Below, in pieces: positions 25,597 to 40,147 of a DNA stretch of 64,000 nt. The DNA is from the human T2T-CHM13v2.0 reference genome, Homo sapiens. The first letter of the stretch is position 1. Every line of letters starts with the position of its first letter. Below the pieces are notes generated by a model. The model was given only the letters and a program-made list of their open reading frames with translations, was not told the origin of the DNA and ran no database searches. Where the stretch lies: assembly GCF_009914755.1 (NCBI RefSeq), contig NC_060947.1; one strand, 5' to 3'. The position numbers and the translations under genes are program-made.

Positions 25597-26016
25597 CAGA
25601 GAGAAAAATACTACAGGTTCTCACTCATGCATGGAATCTAAATATGTCATACTCATAGAAACAAACAACAGAATGGTGCTTACCAGGGCCTGGGGTTAGG
25701 GAAATACCGGGAGATGTTAGGCAAAGGTACAAACTTTTGGTTACACAAGACAGTTCCTGGAGATCTAATTTACAACTATATGACAATAATTATATTGCAT
25801 GGTACACTTGAAATTTGCCAAGAGAGTAGATCTTACATGATCTAAACATAATGAGAAAAAATGGTAAATATGTGAAGTAATGGATATATTAATTAGCTTG
25901 ACTGTGGTCAATATTTTACAGTATACATGTGTATCAAACCATCAAGTTGTATACCTTAAATATATATAACTTTTAATTGTCAAAAATACCTCAATAAAGT
26001 TGAAAGAAGAAAAAAG
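25597..26016 (+). mobile_element. L1MA8-10-like 3' end
   Basis: TTCTCACTCATGCATGGAATCTAAA..TTGAAATTTGCCAAGAGAGTAGATCTT..TACCTCAATAAAG. Confidence 0.82.
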
Positions 26017-26203
26017 TGAATGTTTTTGTTTTCCTGGGCCATTTACAGTTCACTATAAATTTTAGAATTGGCTAGCTGGATTCCAAAACAAGAAAAGCAG
26101 AACACCTGTTAAAATTCTTATTTTGGTTTCTTTTGGTCAGCTTTTAAAAGAAATCTTCTTTTTAATACTGACCACTGACCATTTCAATCCATGAACAAAG
26201 TAA

Positions 26204-26530
<327 letters not shown>

Positions 26531-26639
26531 TAGTCTCTCAAGTTTTATTATTTCCACTGTGATGATTGTGAGCATCTTTTGTTGGATTCTCTCCTAGGTA
26601 CTTGATAATTTTTATGCTACTTTATGTTGTATTGTTATT

Positions 26640-26885
26640 GTCATTTGTCCCAAGTTATTTTTGAATTTCCCTTTTGATATCTTCTTTGACCCAGTAATTG
26701 TTCAGGAACATGTTAATTTCAATATATTTGTGAATTTCCCAGAATTCCTGTTACTGATTTCTAGTTTTATACCATTGCAGTTGGAAATGATACTTGATAT
26801 GATTTCAACCTTTTTAATTTTGTTATGGCTTGTTTTGTAGCCTAACATATGGTCTTTCCTGGAGAATGTTCCATGTGCACTAGAA
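26640..26885 (-). mobile_element. L1M ORF2 (endonuclease region) fragment
   Basis: TTACTGATTTCTAGTTTTATACCATTG..GATACTTGATATGATTTC..TCCTGGAGAATGTTCCATGTGCACT. Confidence 0.75.
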
Positions 26886-27025
26886 ATATAAATGATATCT
26901 GATTTTTAAGTTTACTTTCTTAATATTTGTTTTTAATATAAAATACATTAAATTTACCTGAGATATAATTCATATACCATAAAAATGATTCTTTTAAAAT
27001 TTACAATTCAGTGATTTTTAGTATA

Positions 27026-28190
<1,165 letters not shown>

Positions 28191-28631
28191 TGTTCAAAAA
28201 TTTGTGCAACAATCACAGCTATCTAATTTCAGAATATTTTTTATCAACGCCAATAGAAATTACATGTCCATCAACATTCATTTCTCATGCCAACCCAAAG
28301 ACTCTGGAAACCATTAGTCTACCTTCAGTCTTTATAAAGATTTCTATTCTGGATGTTTTATAAATCAAATTGCATAATATGTGGTCATTTGTGCCTGGCT
28401 TCTTTCACTTAGCATATGTGTTTAAAGATTCATCCACGTTGTAGCATGTATCACTACTTTACTTTATATAGATGAATAATATTCCATTGTACATATGTTG
28501 CACTTTTTTAATCCATTTATTAGTTGATGAGCATCTGGATTTTTCCACTTTTTGGCTATTATAAACAACATTGCTATGAATACTCACATATAAATTTTTT
28601 GTGTATGTGGACATATATCGTCAATTCTCTT

Positions 28632-28705
28632 GAGTGGAACTGCTGGGTCACGTAGTAACCCTGTGTTGGAGTGGAAATGCTGGGTCACATGGTATCCCTG
28701 TGTTG
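28632..28705. repeat. 37-bp tandem duplication inside L1MB
   Basis: GAGTGGAACTGCTGGGTCACGTAGTAACCCTGTGTTG / GAGTGGAAATGCTGGGTCACATGGTATCCCTGTGTTG. Confidence 0.85.
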
Positions 28706-29020
28706 AACTTTTTGAGTTATTAAACTGTTCCCCACAGCAGACGCACTGTTTCAAATTTTCGCCAGCAATATATGAGGTTTTAATTTCTTCCACATCCATG
28801 CCAACACTTACAAAATGTGTGTCATTTTTATTCTAGCCATTCTAGTAGGTGAGAAGCAGTATCTCATTTTGGTTTTGATTTGAATTTCCCTAATAACTAA
28901 TGATGTTAAGTGTATTTTAATGTGCCTATTGTCTATTTGTAGATCTTCTTTAGATAAATGACTATTCAAAATTTTTTCTCATTTTTAATTGGGTTATTTG
29001 CCTCTGTATTATTGAGTTGT

Positions 29021-29475
29021 GTCTTAGTCCATTTTGTACTCTTATAATAGAATAACCAAGACTGGGTAAATTATAAATAAGATATATTTTTTACAGTTCA
29101 GGAGCTGGAGAAGTCCAAAATCAAGGGGCTGGCATCTTAAGAGTTCCTCTTGCTGTGTCATCCCATGTTAGAACACAGAAAGGCAAGAGCGTGCAAGAAT
29201 GAAAGAAAGCGAGAGAGAGTTGAACTTGCTTTTATAACAAACCCATTCTCACAACAATAAACCCACTACCAGAATATAATTAATCTATTCATGAGGACAG
29301 AGCCCTCATACCCTAACCACCTCTTAAAGCTCCCACCTCTTAACAATGTTGGATTGGGGATTAAGTTTCAAACACATGAACTTTGGGGGACACATTCAAA
29401 CCATAGTATTTATGCCTGGCCCCCAAAATTTATGTCCTCATATGCAAAGTACATTCATTCCATTACAAAAGCCCT
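29021..29475 (-). mobile_element. MSTC/MSTD-like MaLR LTR plus short adjacent internal sequence
   Basis: TGTCTTAGTCCATTTTG..AAGTCCAAAATCAAGGGGCTGGCATC..GGGGGACACATTCAAACCATAG, followed by int-like GCCTGGCCCCCAAAATTTATGTCCTC. Confidence 0.82.
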
Positions 29476-29700
29476 TGTTTTTGTTGTTGATTCTCTAATA
29501 AAATAAATTACAGAATTGGTTCTCATATGCTGAACTAACTTTGCATTCCTGGGACAAATTCCACTTCTTCGTAGTCTGTAATGCATTTTCGTATGTTGAC
29601 AGTTTCAGCTTGCTATTATTTTGTGCAGGATGTCTGTAAAATTCTTCCATGTCCTTCACGTATTTATTACCAGTTTTCATTATTCTGTCATTCAGATTTA

Positions 29701-30228
<528 letters not shown>

Positions 30229-30437
30229 TCATCCCACTGTCTTCTGGCCTCCATGGTTTCTGATGAGAGAATAGCTGTTAATCATATTGAAGACCCTTTT
30301 TATATAAGTAGCTTGTCTCACCAATTTCAAGTATTTCAAAGGTTTGATTATATGTTTACGTATAGATCTCTTTGAATTTATCTTACATGGAGTTTTCTAA
30401 GATTCTTAGATGTGTAGATTAAATCAAATTTGAAAAG

Positions 30438-30881
30438 TTTTTTTCTTTTTCAACTTTTAAGTTCCAGGGTGGATGTGCAAGGTTGTTACATAGGTAAACG
30501 TGTGCCATGGTGGTTTGCTGCATAGATCAACCCATCACCTAGGTGCTAAGCCCAGCATCCATTAACTATTCTTCCTGATGCTCTCCCCCAACCCCACACT
30601 CCCATGACATGCCCCAGTGTGTGTTGTGTTGTTCCCCACTCATGTGTCCATGTGGTTTCATTATTAAGCTCCCACTTATAGGTGAGAATATGTGGTGTTT
30701 GGCTTTCTGTTCCTACATAAGTTTGCTAAGGATCATGACTTCCAGCTCCATCCACATCCCTGCAAAGGACATGATCCTGTTATTTTCTATGGCTGTATAG
30801 TATTCCACAGTGTAATATGCACCACACTTTCTCTATCCAGTTTAGACTTTATCCAGTCTGTCATTGATGGGCATTTGGGTT
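30438..30881 (-). mobile_element. L1PA8-like 3' end
   Basis: GTTACATAGGTAAACGTGTGCCATGGTGGTTTGCTGC..CCCATCACCTAGGT..AAGCCCAGCATCCATTA. Confidence 0.88.
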
Positions 30882-31146
30882 AATTTTCAGCCTTTACCCC
30901 TTCAAATATTTTTCTGTCCTTTTCTCCATCTTCTTGTCAGCATAGTTGATGTTGCCTCATAGGTCTCTGAGTGTCAGTTCATTTTTCTTCGTTCTTTATT
31001 CTTGCTATTGCTCAGACTGAATAATCTTAATTGATCTACAAATTGGCTGAGTTTCTTTTATCTACTCAATTCTGCTGTTGAACACTAACAGTTAATATTT
31101 TTATGTCATTCATTGTACTTTTTCAATCCAGAATTCCTATTTGGTT

Positions 31147-31222
31147 TGTGTGTGTGTGTACATATACATATATACACATATATGTATATATACATGTACA
31201 CACATTTTTTATATATATATAT
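31147..31222. repeat. (TG)n/(TA)n-rich microsatellite
   Basis: TGTGTGTGTGTGTACATATACATATATACAC...TATATATATATA. Confidence 0.85.
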
Positions 31223-33239
31223 AACTTTATCTCTTTACTCATTTTCTCCTATGGTGAGACATTTTTCACTTGCTTTCCTTATTTGAACATGGTTTCAATT
31301 AATTATTCGAGCATATGTGAACAGCCAATGTAAAATCTTTTATTAATAAGTGCAATATCTGGGCTTCTTCGAACATAATTTCTATTGACTTTTCCTGAGA
31401 ATGGGCCATACATTTTTATTTCTTTGTACATATACTATTTTTTTTTTGAAAACTGGGCTTTTAAAATAATACAATGTGGCAACTCTGGAAATTAGATTCT
31501 CCTTCCTTTTCAAAGTTTATTGTTGTACTTTTTGCTGTTTTGTTTACTTGTTTAGTGACTTTTCTGAACTCATTATGGAAAAGTGGTATTCTCTGTCATG
31601 TGTGGCCATTGAAGTCCCTCCTCAGTTTACTTCTTAGTGGTCAGTTAATGATTGGACAAATATTTTGTTAAATATCTAGAGCCAAAAAATTCAGTTTTTC
31701 CTGAAGGACTCTGTACTCATATGAATACCTTCATTACTCATTCTAGCAATGTACAACTCTGCCTTAACTTCACTTCCTGCATTGTCAGAGCCTCAAGGTC
31801 AGTCAGAGGTTAGAGATTAAGGGTTGTTAAGCCTTTCCTGTGCATTTTAAACTCTGGACATGTGCATAGCCCTATGCTTGTGTGTGGCCACTTGATTCCC
31901 AAGAAGATGTTGGATTTTTTCAAACCACCCTATGGGCATCTTGTTCCTCGAATTTTACTTTCAAGGTTTTTGATTAGCCTATTGTTTTCATCATCTCTTA
32001 TTCTCCCAACGAGCAACTGCAATAAGCAATTGCCTCTGATTGTTTTTGAGAAACAAACCTAGAAAAGCTGTTCACACTTCAGGAGCTGTGAATAAAGACA
32101 GATTTATGAGTGGGATCTTTGTTGGAACCATGATACAGGGAAAATTATAAAAATTATCTGAAAATAGGGCTTTGAAAGATCACCCTTTTTCGCCCCAGAG
32201 TCACTTATTTTAAAAGCTACCTTCAAACTGGGAGTGGGAAATTGTAACAGAGCAAGTTAAAACACCACAACGTTTATTGCTCTTACCAATATTCAGTTGC
32301 TATTGAATAAACACTACCTAGATTGCTAAACACTTTTATTTCCAGAGTTTTGAAAAATTATATTCTGAGGATTTTTGTTCATGTTCTCAATGCTTTTATG
32401 GAGGAGAGGATATATGTAGTTGCTTATTCTGACTATTTTGCTCAAGTTACTACCTAATTTTACTATATTGATGTTTTCTTTTATCCATGTACTTTGCTAA
32501 TATTTCTTAAATTGTTTTTCTGAAGATAATTTTGTTTTCATAGGAATACAATAATTGAATCTTCAAATAAAGACATGCTATTCTCCTTGCAATTCTGTAC
32601 CTGTAATTTTTTGTTTTGTTTTGTTTTTTTTTGCCTTACTGCAACGTCTAGAACTTAAAGAATCATTCAGAGTAGAGGTAATAATAATGGGCATCTTCCT
32701 CCTGTTCCCAGTCACTATGAAACTTTGAGTATTGTCATAACCTCAGATTAAAAGATTTCCCTACTCATCATAGATTGCTAACATTTTTTGTTTGAGTCAC
32801 TGGTGAATTTTATAAAATTATTTTTTCTGCATCTTATGAGATGATTTTATTGTCGTATGTCTTAAATGTGTTAATATGGTGAATTACCAAGAATTAACTA
32901 CATCAGTCAAAAGCCATGAATGCATAGTTATAAGAAGACCAGCTATAGCAAATAAAAAAAAGATCAGGAAGTAGTAATAAAAATGCTTTTCTTTTCTAAA
33001 AAATGAATATTTGGACACACACAGTTTGTACAAACTGCTGAGGAGAACACTAAAGATAACACTGGTCCAATTTAATGAAGTTTTCCACTGTCAGCTCTAG
33101 CAGGTGCATGGAATTGAATAATTTACAAGAGATTTTTGGCAAGTTCTACATTTGTCATCTCCCTTAAAAGATGTGGTGACTGGAAATCATGTCAATAACA
33201 CTAAAATATTCAAATAAGCACCAACTATATGTATAGGCC

Positions 33240-33477
33240 AGGGTTGCAGAACACATACACTGTTTTAAGGTTGCCTGGATTTAAAACCCAGATCTGCCAT
33301 TTAATAGCTATGACTGTGGGCATCACACTTATTTTCCTGAGCCTCAGTTTCCTCTTCTGCTACTATATTAACATTATCTTCACAGAAATCTTGTAAGGAT
33401 TACATGTATTATATATGTCAAGTGCTTAATAGAGACTCTGGTAATAGAAAATTCTACACAAGTGTTAGTTATGATTA
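33240..33477 (+). mobile_element. MIR
   Basis: Core CCTGGATTTAAAACCCAGATCTGCCATTTAATAGCTATGACTGTGGGC..CTGAGCCTCAGTTTCCTCTTCTG. Confidence 0.8.
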
Positions 33478-33911
33478 CGTATTTTTTGACCACTTTAACA
33501 GTTCCACCTTAGATGGGTTCTATCATTGATACTACCTTTTATTTCTATAACTACCATAAATTTTCATTCTTATTTATTATTGCTATTTAGATTGCTAGTA
33601 TAATACCCATCCCAATAAATCAGTACTAATATTGGGGAATTAGATTTTTTAATCACTGTCCCCAACTTTTACTACAAAGATCTATTAAAGGTGAATTAAT
33701 GACAACTTTAGTCTACCATACAGACATAGTATTGGATTTATAATCTCATTAAACCTTTAAAGACTTGTATTTCAATATTGCTTATATTTAGAATTTCAAT
33801 AAAACTATAAGAGAGCTTCAAGGATAATAATATTCTCTCTCTTATGAGTTTCATACTTGTATATGTTCTTCTGTTGCTGTTTAGTGTCCCTTAGTTTAAA
33901 CTTGAAGAACT

Positions 33912-34060
33912 TAAAAAAATGGTAACCATGTGAGGAGATGGACACCTTAATAGCTTAACTAGAATAATCATTTTACTATGTATGAGCATATCAAAATAAC
34001 TTGTACACCTTAAATAAATATATAATTTTCTTTAGAAACAAGTAAATAGTAAAAAATAAG
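33912..34060 (+). mobile_element. L1MA 3' terminal fragment
   Basis: AAAATGGTAACCATGTGAGGAGATGGA..TTGTACACCTTAAATA. Confidence 0.7.
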
Positions 34061-34080
34061 ATTTGTTTTGACATTATAAC

Positions 34081-35705
34081 TGTTTCAGGATCCTTAGGGT
34101 GTTAACTTTTCCACCCAGAAACCTCTGTGGCCAGTGTTGCCTTTGTCAGAGTTTTGGTTGGGCCCACTGGGCTCATTCCACTCACTCAGCCTGGCAGACT
34201 GCACCTGTCTTGTGCTACTGGCCTGTATCCCATGCCTGCCAAGGGTGAGCCAGGCATGTAGTGGCAAGGGGTGTGTGAGCGAGTGTGTGTGGTCCAGACA
34301 CTGCACACAACCAGGCAGACCGGTGGCTGTGGTGGTGTGGGCAGCTCCAGGCACCGGCTCCATGCAAGGCTGTGGCTGAATCAGATTTACTACAAGTGGC
34401 TTCTACTATGGGCACCGATATCTGGATGAGGGAAATATGCTGGTACCTGGAAGCTTGGAGACACCAGGAATCATAGAGCCCCAAAGAGGGTGTCATAGCC
34501 CTGGTTCAGGGAACCCTTAGGTCTGGGCTCCCCAAAGGGCCACAGCTCTTCTGTCCTTCTTGTCACCCACAACGTGGTGAGCAATGTGGTGGGGGGGGTG
34601 CATTTCATCCCTGTTTTTGTTACAGCTCTTTAGTCTCACCATTTGGTGGGTCCTGAGTTCTTGTCCCACATCTAGGAAGAATGAGGTACACCGACAACTG
34701 GAGGGTAAGCAAGGCAGAGAGGAGGTTCATTGAGTGACAGAACAGCTCTCTGGAGATCCGAAGTGGGTAGCTCCTTTCAGCAGGCAGGTGATCCTGACAA
34801 GTGTCTAGGTCTCAGTGAAGAGGAGATGCATAGTAGGTAGCTCCTTTCCACAGGCAGGTCATCCTGACAAGTCAAGCAGATCCAAAGTGGGTAGCTCCTC
34901 CCTGCAGCTGGTAAGTCCTGACATCTGTGTGAGTGTGGCTGAGTCTGGGGTTTTCATGGCTCAGAAGGGAGGATGCAAATGCTAACTGGTCCATGGACTG
35001 CCATGGGTGCGTCCAAAAAAAGCACCATACATTCTTACTCTGGGCCACAGACTCCACCTGGAACTGACACCCTGGCCTCCAGGCTTCAGGCTGTCCCTGG
35101 CTTGAAGGTGGGGCTTCTGGAGGGACCGGTCCCTTTCCACCCAGGAACCTGTCTGCCTCCCACTGCCATCAACATGCCATCCATGGCACCCATGCTGTTC
35201 ATGCTGAGGGGTGCCTGCAGGCCTTCACTGAGCTGCCCTCAGCCCTCCCTGCTCCCTGTCTCCCTCCCATGCTTATTGGCACCCGAGGTCTGGCGGGGGC
35301 TGAGGCAGCAGGGGGCCGGCATATCTGTGCTGCCCTGAGCATGCGCACACCCATCAGGTCATGACAGTGCCCAGGCTTGGCTACAACTCTGCTCCACACT
35401 GGAGTGGGCACCGGGAGTGGGGAGAGGCCAGGGAGGGGGAGCAGGCCCTCCTGAGCCTGCAGGGGCAGGGGGAGCTTCTTGGGCCCCTGAGAGTACAGGG
35501 CTGCCCAGGTCCAGAGCCACAGCTGGGTGGCTACAGCTGCACCCAGGAGTGCAGGGCTCCCACCCTGCCAACTGGGTAGGGGGCTGGGCTCCCACCTGTT
35601 TCTGGCCCCTGCCAGCTCCATGGAGCATGCAGCCCTGGCCGTGCCTCCTTGGCTGTAGCTGGCATCCTCACAGCAGCCCCTCCAGACATGCTGTTGCTGG
35701 CATCT
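34081..35705 (-). mobile_element. MER52 (A/C-like) ERV1 solo LTR
   Basis: ~1.6 kb GC-rich LTR. Plus strand starts TGTTTCAGGATCCTTAGGGTGT and ends CCAGACATGCTGTTGCTGGCATCT. Internal repeats AAGTGGGTAGCTCCT..GCAGG. 4-bp TSD TAAC/TAAT. Confidence 0.88.
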
Positions 35706-35989
35706 TAATGATAATTTTATATTTCTTATTAAGTATTTCCAAGTTGTGAAGTAAGCTCTCATCCAAACGCTGCTATAAATTCTTCCAAAGGTAAGAAGTA
35801 TCCCTTAGTAATCATAAAACAAATTAGTTCCAGTCATATAAAAAAGGAGAAAATAGAGGTGAATGTTCCATTGCATTGATGATTCGGAAATCATAGATGA
35901 TATTCTGAATCAAGCCAAGAAATCAAAGGACATTAGAAGCAACAATAAAGAGGATGAGGGATTTTAGAGGTGAGAGAATCACTTGGAGG

Positions 35990-36590
35990 TGTAGGAGTCA
36001 AGAGAAAACTTCCCATTCACCTTCTGGAGGTTTGCAAAAAAAATCAACTCACAAAAGGCAGATTAATAGGAGAAAGCGCATACAAATTTAGTTTAATGTG
36101 GAATTATAGGAGGATGATTACCCAATAACCCAATTAGGTATAGATGATTATATAGTCGTCTTCTTAGGGGAATAAACAGATGAGAACGTGTTGATTATTT
36201 TAGGGGGTAGTAAATGACTTTTATGGAAATTCAATGGGCTTGAATAACACACAATGGCCTGGAACAAAGTCTGTTTGGCCCTTAGAGCAGACAATGGTTT
36301 GTGACAAAAGTCTGCACAGGTTTGTTGACAGCCTTTAGTCTTTCTTCCTGCAATGCGTTCAGTTAATGAAAGCTCAGGCAATGGACAAGAGGTGGTTGTT
36401 TTATTCTTTGGTAGATCCAGACTTTAGGCAGGTAAAACAGCTTCAGAGGACAATTTCATCCTGTACTTTGGGTTGTACACAGGATTGAGAGCAGGAGGTG
36501 GAGAGGGTAGGGTGTCAGACCTTGAGGCTTCTTGTTCAGCTCAGCATGTCAAAGTGTCATATGTGGGGCATTAGTTTCTGAGCCCCAACA
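35990..36590 (-). mobile_element. ERV1 MER4-group solo LTR (LTR49/LTR29-like)
   Basis: Minus strand starts TGTTGGGGCTCAGAAAC..ACTTTGACATGCTGAGCTGAACAAGAAGCCTCAAGGTC and ends CTCCTACA. 4-bp TSD GAGG/GGGG. Confidence 0.8.
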
Positions 36591-36764
36591 GGGGAAAGCT
36601 CCCCCGAATTTTGAATCACTACTTCATTTTAACTAATGGCAGCTTGTGAGATAATACACCTTCCCAGGTTTTATTCAACCTTCATGATGTAAAACAGAAC
36701 TGGTTAAAATGATAAATGACACCATGGTAAAGCCTGAAACGTTGTTGGTTAATAGACAATATTA

Positions 36765-37110
36765 ATTAATTCATTCATTTTTCCATTTGTCTTTCATTCA
36801 GAAAATATAGTTAAGTACCTGCTATGAAGTTGGTGTGGGAGATAGAAGAAGAAAAGGACAAGTGTGATACCTTTCCTCATAGAGAGTGGTAGACAATAAA
36901 CCAGCAAGCAAGCCACAAGTAGACGAAATAATTTTAGTAACTTTAGTGCTTTTAGTAAATGCTAATAATAAGAGTCATATGATAATGAATAAAACTTTAA
37001 GCAGGTATATTTTAAATAAGTTTGTAATGGAAGACTCACTGAGGAACTGACAGGAAAAGCATTTAAACCGAAACTTGAAAGATAAGCAATCAGCCATAGG
37101 AAGGGCTAGT
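36765..37110 (-). mobile_element. L2 3' end fragment
   Basis: ATTCATTCATTT..CATTCAGAAAATATAGTTAAGTACCTGCTATG..GGAAGACTCACTGAGGAA. Confidence 0.6.
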
Positions 37111-38033
37111 ACGTATTTCTAGCACCTACATCCTACAGGCCCAGAGCTTGCATCAGTAGTGAATCATGGCATATTTTTCTGGAAATCCTGAAGGAAAACT
37201 CAGTATCTTTCACAACTTCCTGCTGCCAACTCAATATCATATTCCTACAAGCTAACGAGATGAAAATTACTACCATTCTGGGTCCGGATCTCTTATAACA
37301 GTAATCTTTATTTACCACAACTCTTAATTCTGCCTTTTATTCATTTTCTTGTCCAGGAAAACTCCCTCTCCAGAAATAATTTCTCCCATGATATTTTATG
37401 AACAAAGCTTTGTCTTTGCATTTAGGGACTTCTGCGGCTCATCTGTGTAGAGGTGATAAGTCTATCCATCCAAGAGAGAGCACTGGGGTGCTCTTAATTT
37501 TCACGTAGTATTGTTAATTTCTCCATCACCCTATCCAGATCTATTAATTACCAGTCTCCTAGACTTGAAAAACTTCTCAAATAACACAAACTTTAACTGG
37601 CTGTTCAGCCCACTTTATGAGAATTATATTTTTGAAGTATTGTGCATTAATCCCTCTATCTCAGCAAATTTTCCCCAAACTTTAAAAATCAAACTCCCAT
37701 ATTTATGACAAGGAACTTGACCTTGCTGGCTATACTGCCCTTTCATCCCTGATAGTGGCCCCTAGGACTCTCTAGAGGACCTTTATTTGTGTGAATAGAG
37801 TTGCAAGCCACAGCTCCATGTAACAAACATCCTTTCATCAAAAGAGACCATAAAACAATATTATATTTCATAATTGGACCATTAAAAAAATCTTATTCAT
37901 CTACAGAATTGGACTTAATAAGTAGCATTTTGTTGTTATGTTCCCCCATTGCTTTAATAAAAATACAAGATATGTTCTTATGAAATAACCTATTACAATT
38001 TCCAGAGAGATATTTTTGAGGATGTATTTATCT

Positions 38034-38113
38034 ATAGGTTGATGCAAAAGTAATTGCAGTTTTTGCCATTAAAAGTAATGGTAAAAATCGCAATAACTTT
38101 TGCACCACCCTAA
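38034..38113. mobile_element. MADE1 (Hsmar1-derived MITE)
   Basis: 80-bp near-palindrome TAGGTTGATGCAAAAGTAATTGCAGTTTTTGCCATT-AAAAGT-AATGGTAAAAATCGCAATAACTTTTGCACCACCCTAA. Confidence 0.92.
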
Positions 38114-39370
38114 TACAACATTCCTCTTACTTGATCCCTCATGTACAAGGTTTAGAGGAAAAGTTTTCTGTGCCTTTTAGTGTTAGACTATTCTATTCTC
38201 TTCAGTAATCCGGAGTTATCACACTGACTACATCTCCCTCTACTTTGCTTGTCACGAACTCGAAAAAAATTTCTCAGTCACACACTTATGTAGGCCTGCA
38301 TGTATGAATTATACCTCATCTTTTCCCTTTGACCTGATAATTTATGTCATTTACTTTATTAAAATTGTTTGTTGTATATCTACTATGTACCAGAGAATGT
38401 GATATTTACAAATGAAAACCATAATATGCAGGACATGTCAGGGACAACATAGGCAACTGGAAGAGGGCGACTGGCCAAAGAAAAGGCAACAGTTCTGAAG
38501 TGCTATGGTTGGATCACCTGAATCTCACAATTATTTGACTTAATCCTCCCTGGTCCAGCCTTCTCCTCACTTTGCCATTGCCACCTCTATGAGTTACTTG
38601 AATGTTTTTTCCTCCTTAGTAAAAGAAAGATTTAACTCTAAATTCTGATGTATAAAATATCTGTGATTATAATGCTAAATATTTGATTTAGCAACTAAAT
38701 GGGTTTACCATCTTAGCAGCTTTATTAAAAAACAAATTATTTCATAAAATGTACTCCTCCTGATTAATCTCTCCATGAGACACATCTCACAATAACAACA
38801 TGTACTAAATTAATAACTTTAAAACATGGAATAGTCACAGCTAATATCCACTGAATTTGGTTAAAGGTTTGCCTCACATCAGAGGAAGTGACAGATTTTT
38901 TTCTTTCCCAGGAATTGTATTAGTGAGTAGTTTTTCCCTGTGGGGATCTTGCTACAGATAGGCTTATTTTTTAGGAATTTATTGAAGTTTCATCTTCATG
39001 TCATTAATATCTCTGCTTCCCATGTTGCCCATTTCCAAAAAATCTTTACATTGCATTTGGAGTGACATAATATTTTTTTCTTAGATAAGGGATTGGGGAC
39101 TAGAAGATGCGTGTCATGAAAACAGAATTTGAGTAGCCTACTGTAAAAAAAATCTAGGTGGTTGAATATAATAAACTTGATGCATACATATATTTTACAT
39201 AGTCAAAGCTATATACTTTTGTCTCAAAACAAAATATCCTATTCCTTAGTTATTTTTTAAATTCCCCTTTAAATACGACTTGATATAGTAAAAAGAGTAA
39301 AAATGTTGGCGTTTCTCTCCTGGTTCTGACATAACTCTTTCAAATACATCATAGAAGACCATTGACTCCC

Positions 39371-40147
39371 TGCGTATCTGTATCCATCACAGTGCAGACA
39401 ATATATAGATGGCACACAATGGGATAATTGAAATGAGGTAGACAGGGTTAAATTAACCAATAAAGACTGTGAAGCATGCAGAGATTAATAATACTAGAAA
39501 GCTCTTATCCTCCTAGGCCTGAAGGGAAAATGGAAAGGAGATAACTACGGGGGCCTAGTGAGAGCTGAGCTTTGGAAGACAGGGTGTACAAAGGTGGCTG
39601 TGGCCATAGTTAGAAAATGCAGGCCAGGCACCGTGGCTCATGCCTGCAATGCTAGCACTTTGGGAGGCTAAGATGAAAGGATCCCTTAAGCTCAGGATAT
39701 CAAGACCAGCCTAGACAACACAGTGGGACACTGTCCCCATTAAAAATAAAAATAAAAAAGTAGTAGGGATTGATGGTGCAGGCATGTAGTCCCAGCTACT
39801 CAGGAGGCTGAGGCAAGAGGATTGCTTGAGCTCAGGAGGTCAAGGATGCAATGAGCTATGATCATGCCACTGCACTCCAGCCTGGGCAACAGAGATAAAC
39901 CTTGTCTTAAACAAACAAACAAAAGAAAACCACATTTACCCTGACTGTCAGCAGGATAATAAATACCACTTTCCCCTTCAATGCTCACCTCTCTTGCCAG
40001 TGATTTCTATTGGGTTAACAAAACCAGAAGCCAGAGTACAGAGATAATTGCTTACAGAGTCCATAGAGATCAGTCTTCTAGGTATTAAGCAAGGTGGAGA
40101 AAGGTAGAGTATAAAACTAGATGGGTGAGAGGAAAATGTCTTGCACA
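39371..40147 (-). mobile_element. LTR41-like ERVL solo LTR interrupted by AluJ
   Basis: AGATGGCACAC..CCTAGGCCTGAAGGG..CCAGAAGCCAGAG..AGTCCATAGAGATCAG..TCTTGCACA. Confidence 0.65.
39622..39924 (+). mobile_element. AluJ
   Basis: GGATTGCTTGAGCTCAGGAGGTCAAGGATGCAATGAGCTATGATCATGCC, with a (CAAA)n tail. Confidence 0.92.

Noticed and set aside
34760-34925. Spaced direct repeats resembling a CRISPR array
   Set aside because: Internal repeats of the MER52 LTR in eukaryotic DNA, with irregular spacing and no cas genes.
34973-35762. ORFs of 110-187 aa
   Set aside because: They lie almost entirely inside the GC-rich MER52 LTR and show no gag/pol/env similarity.
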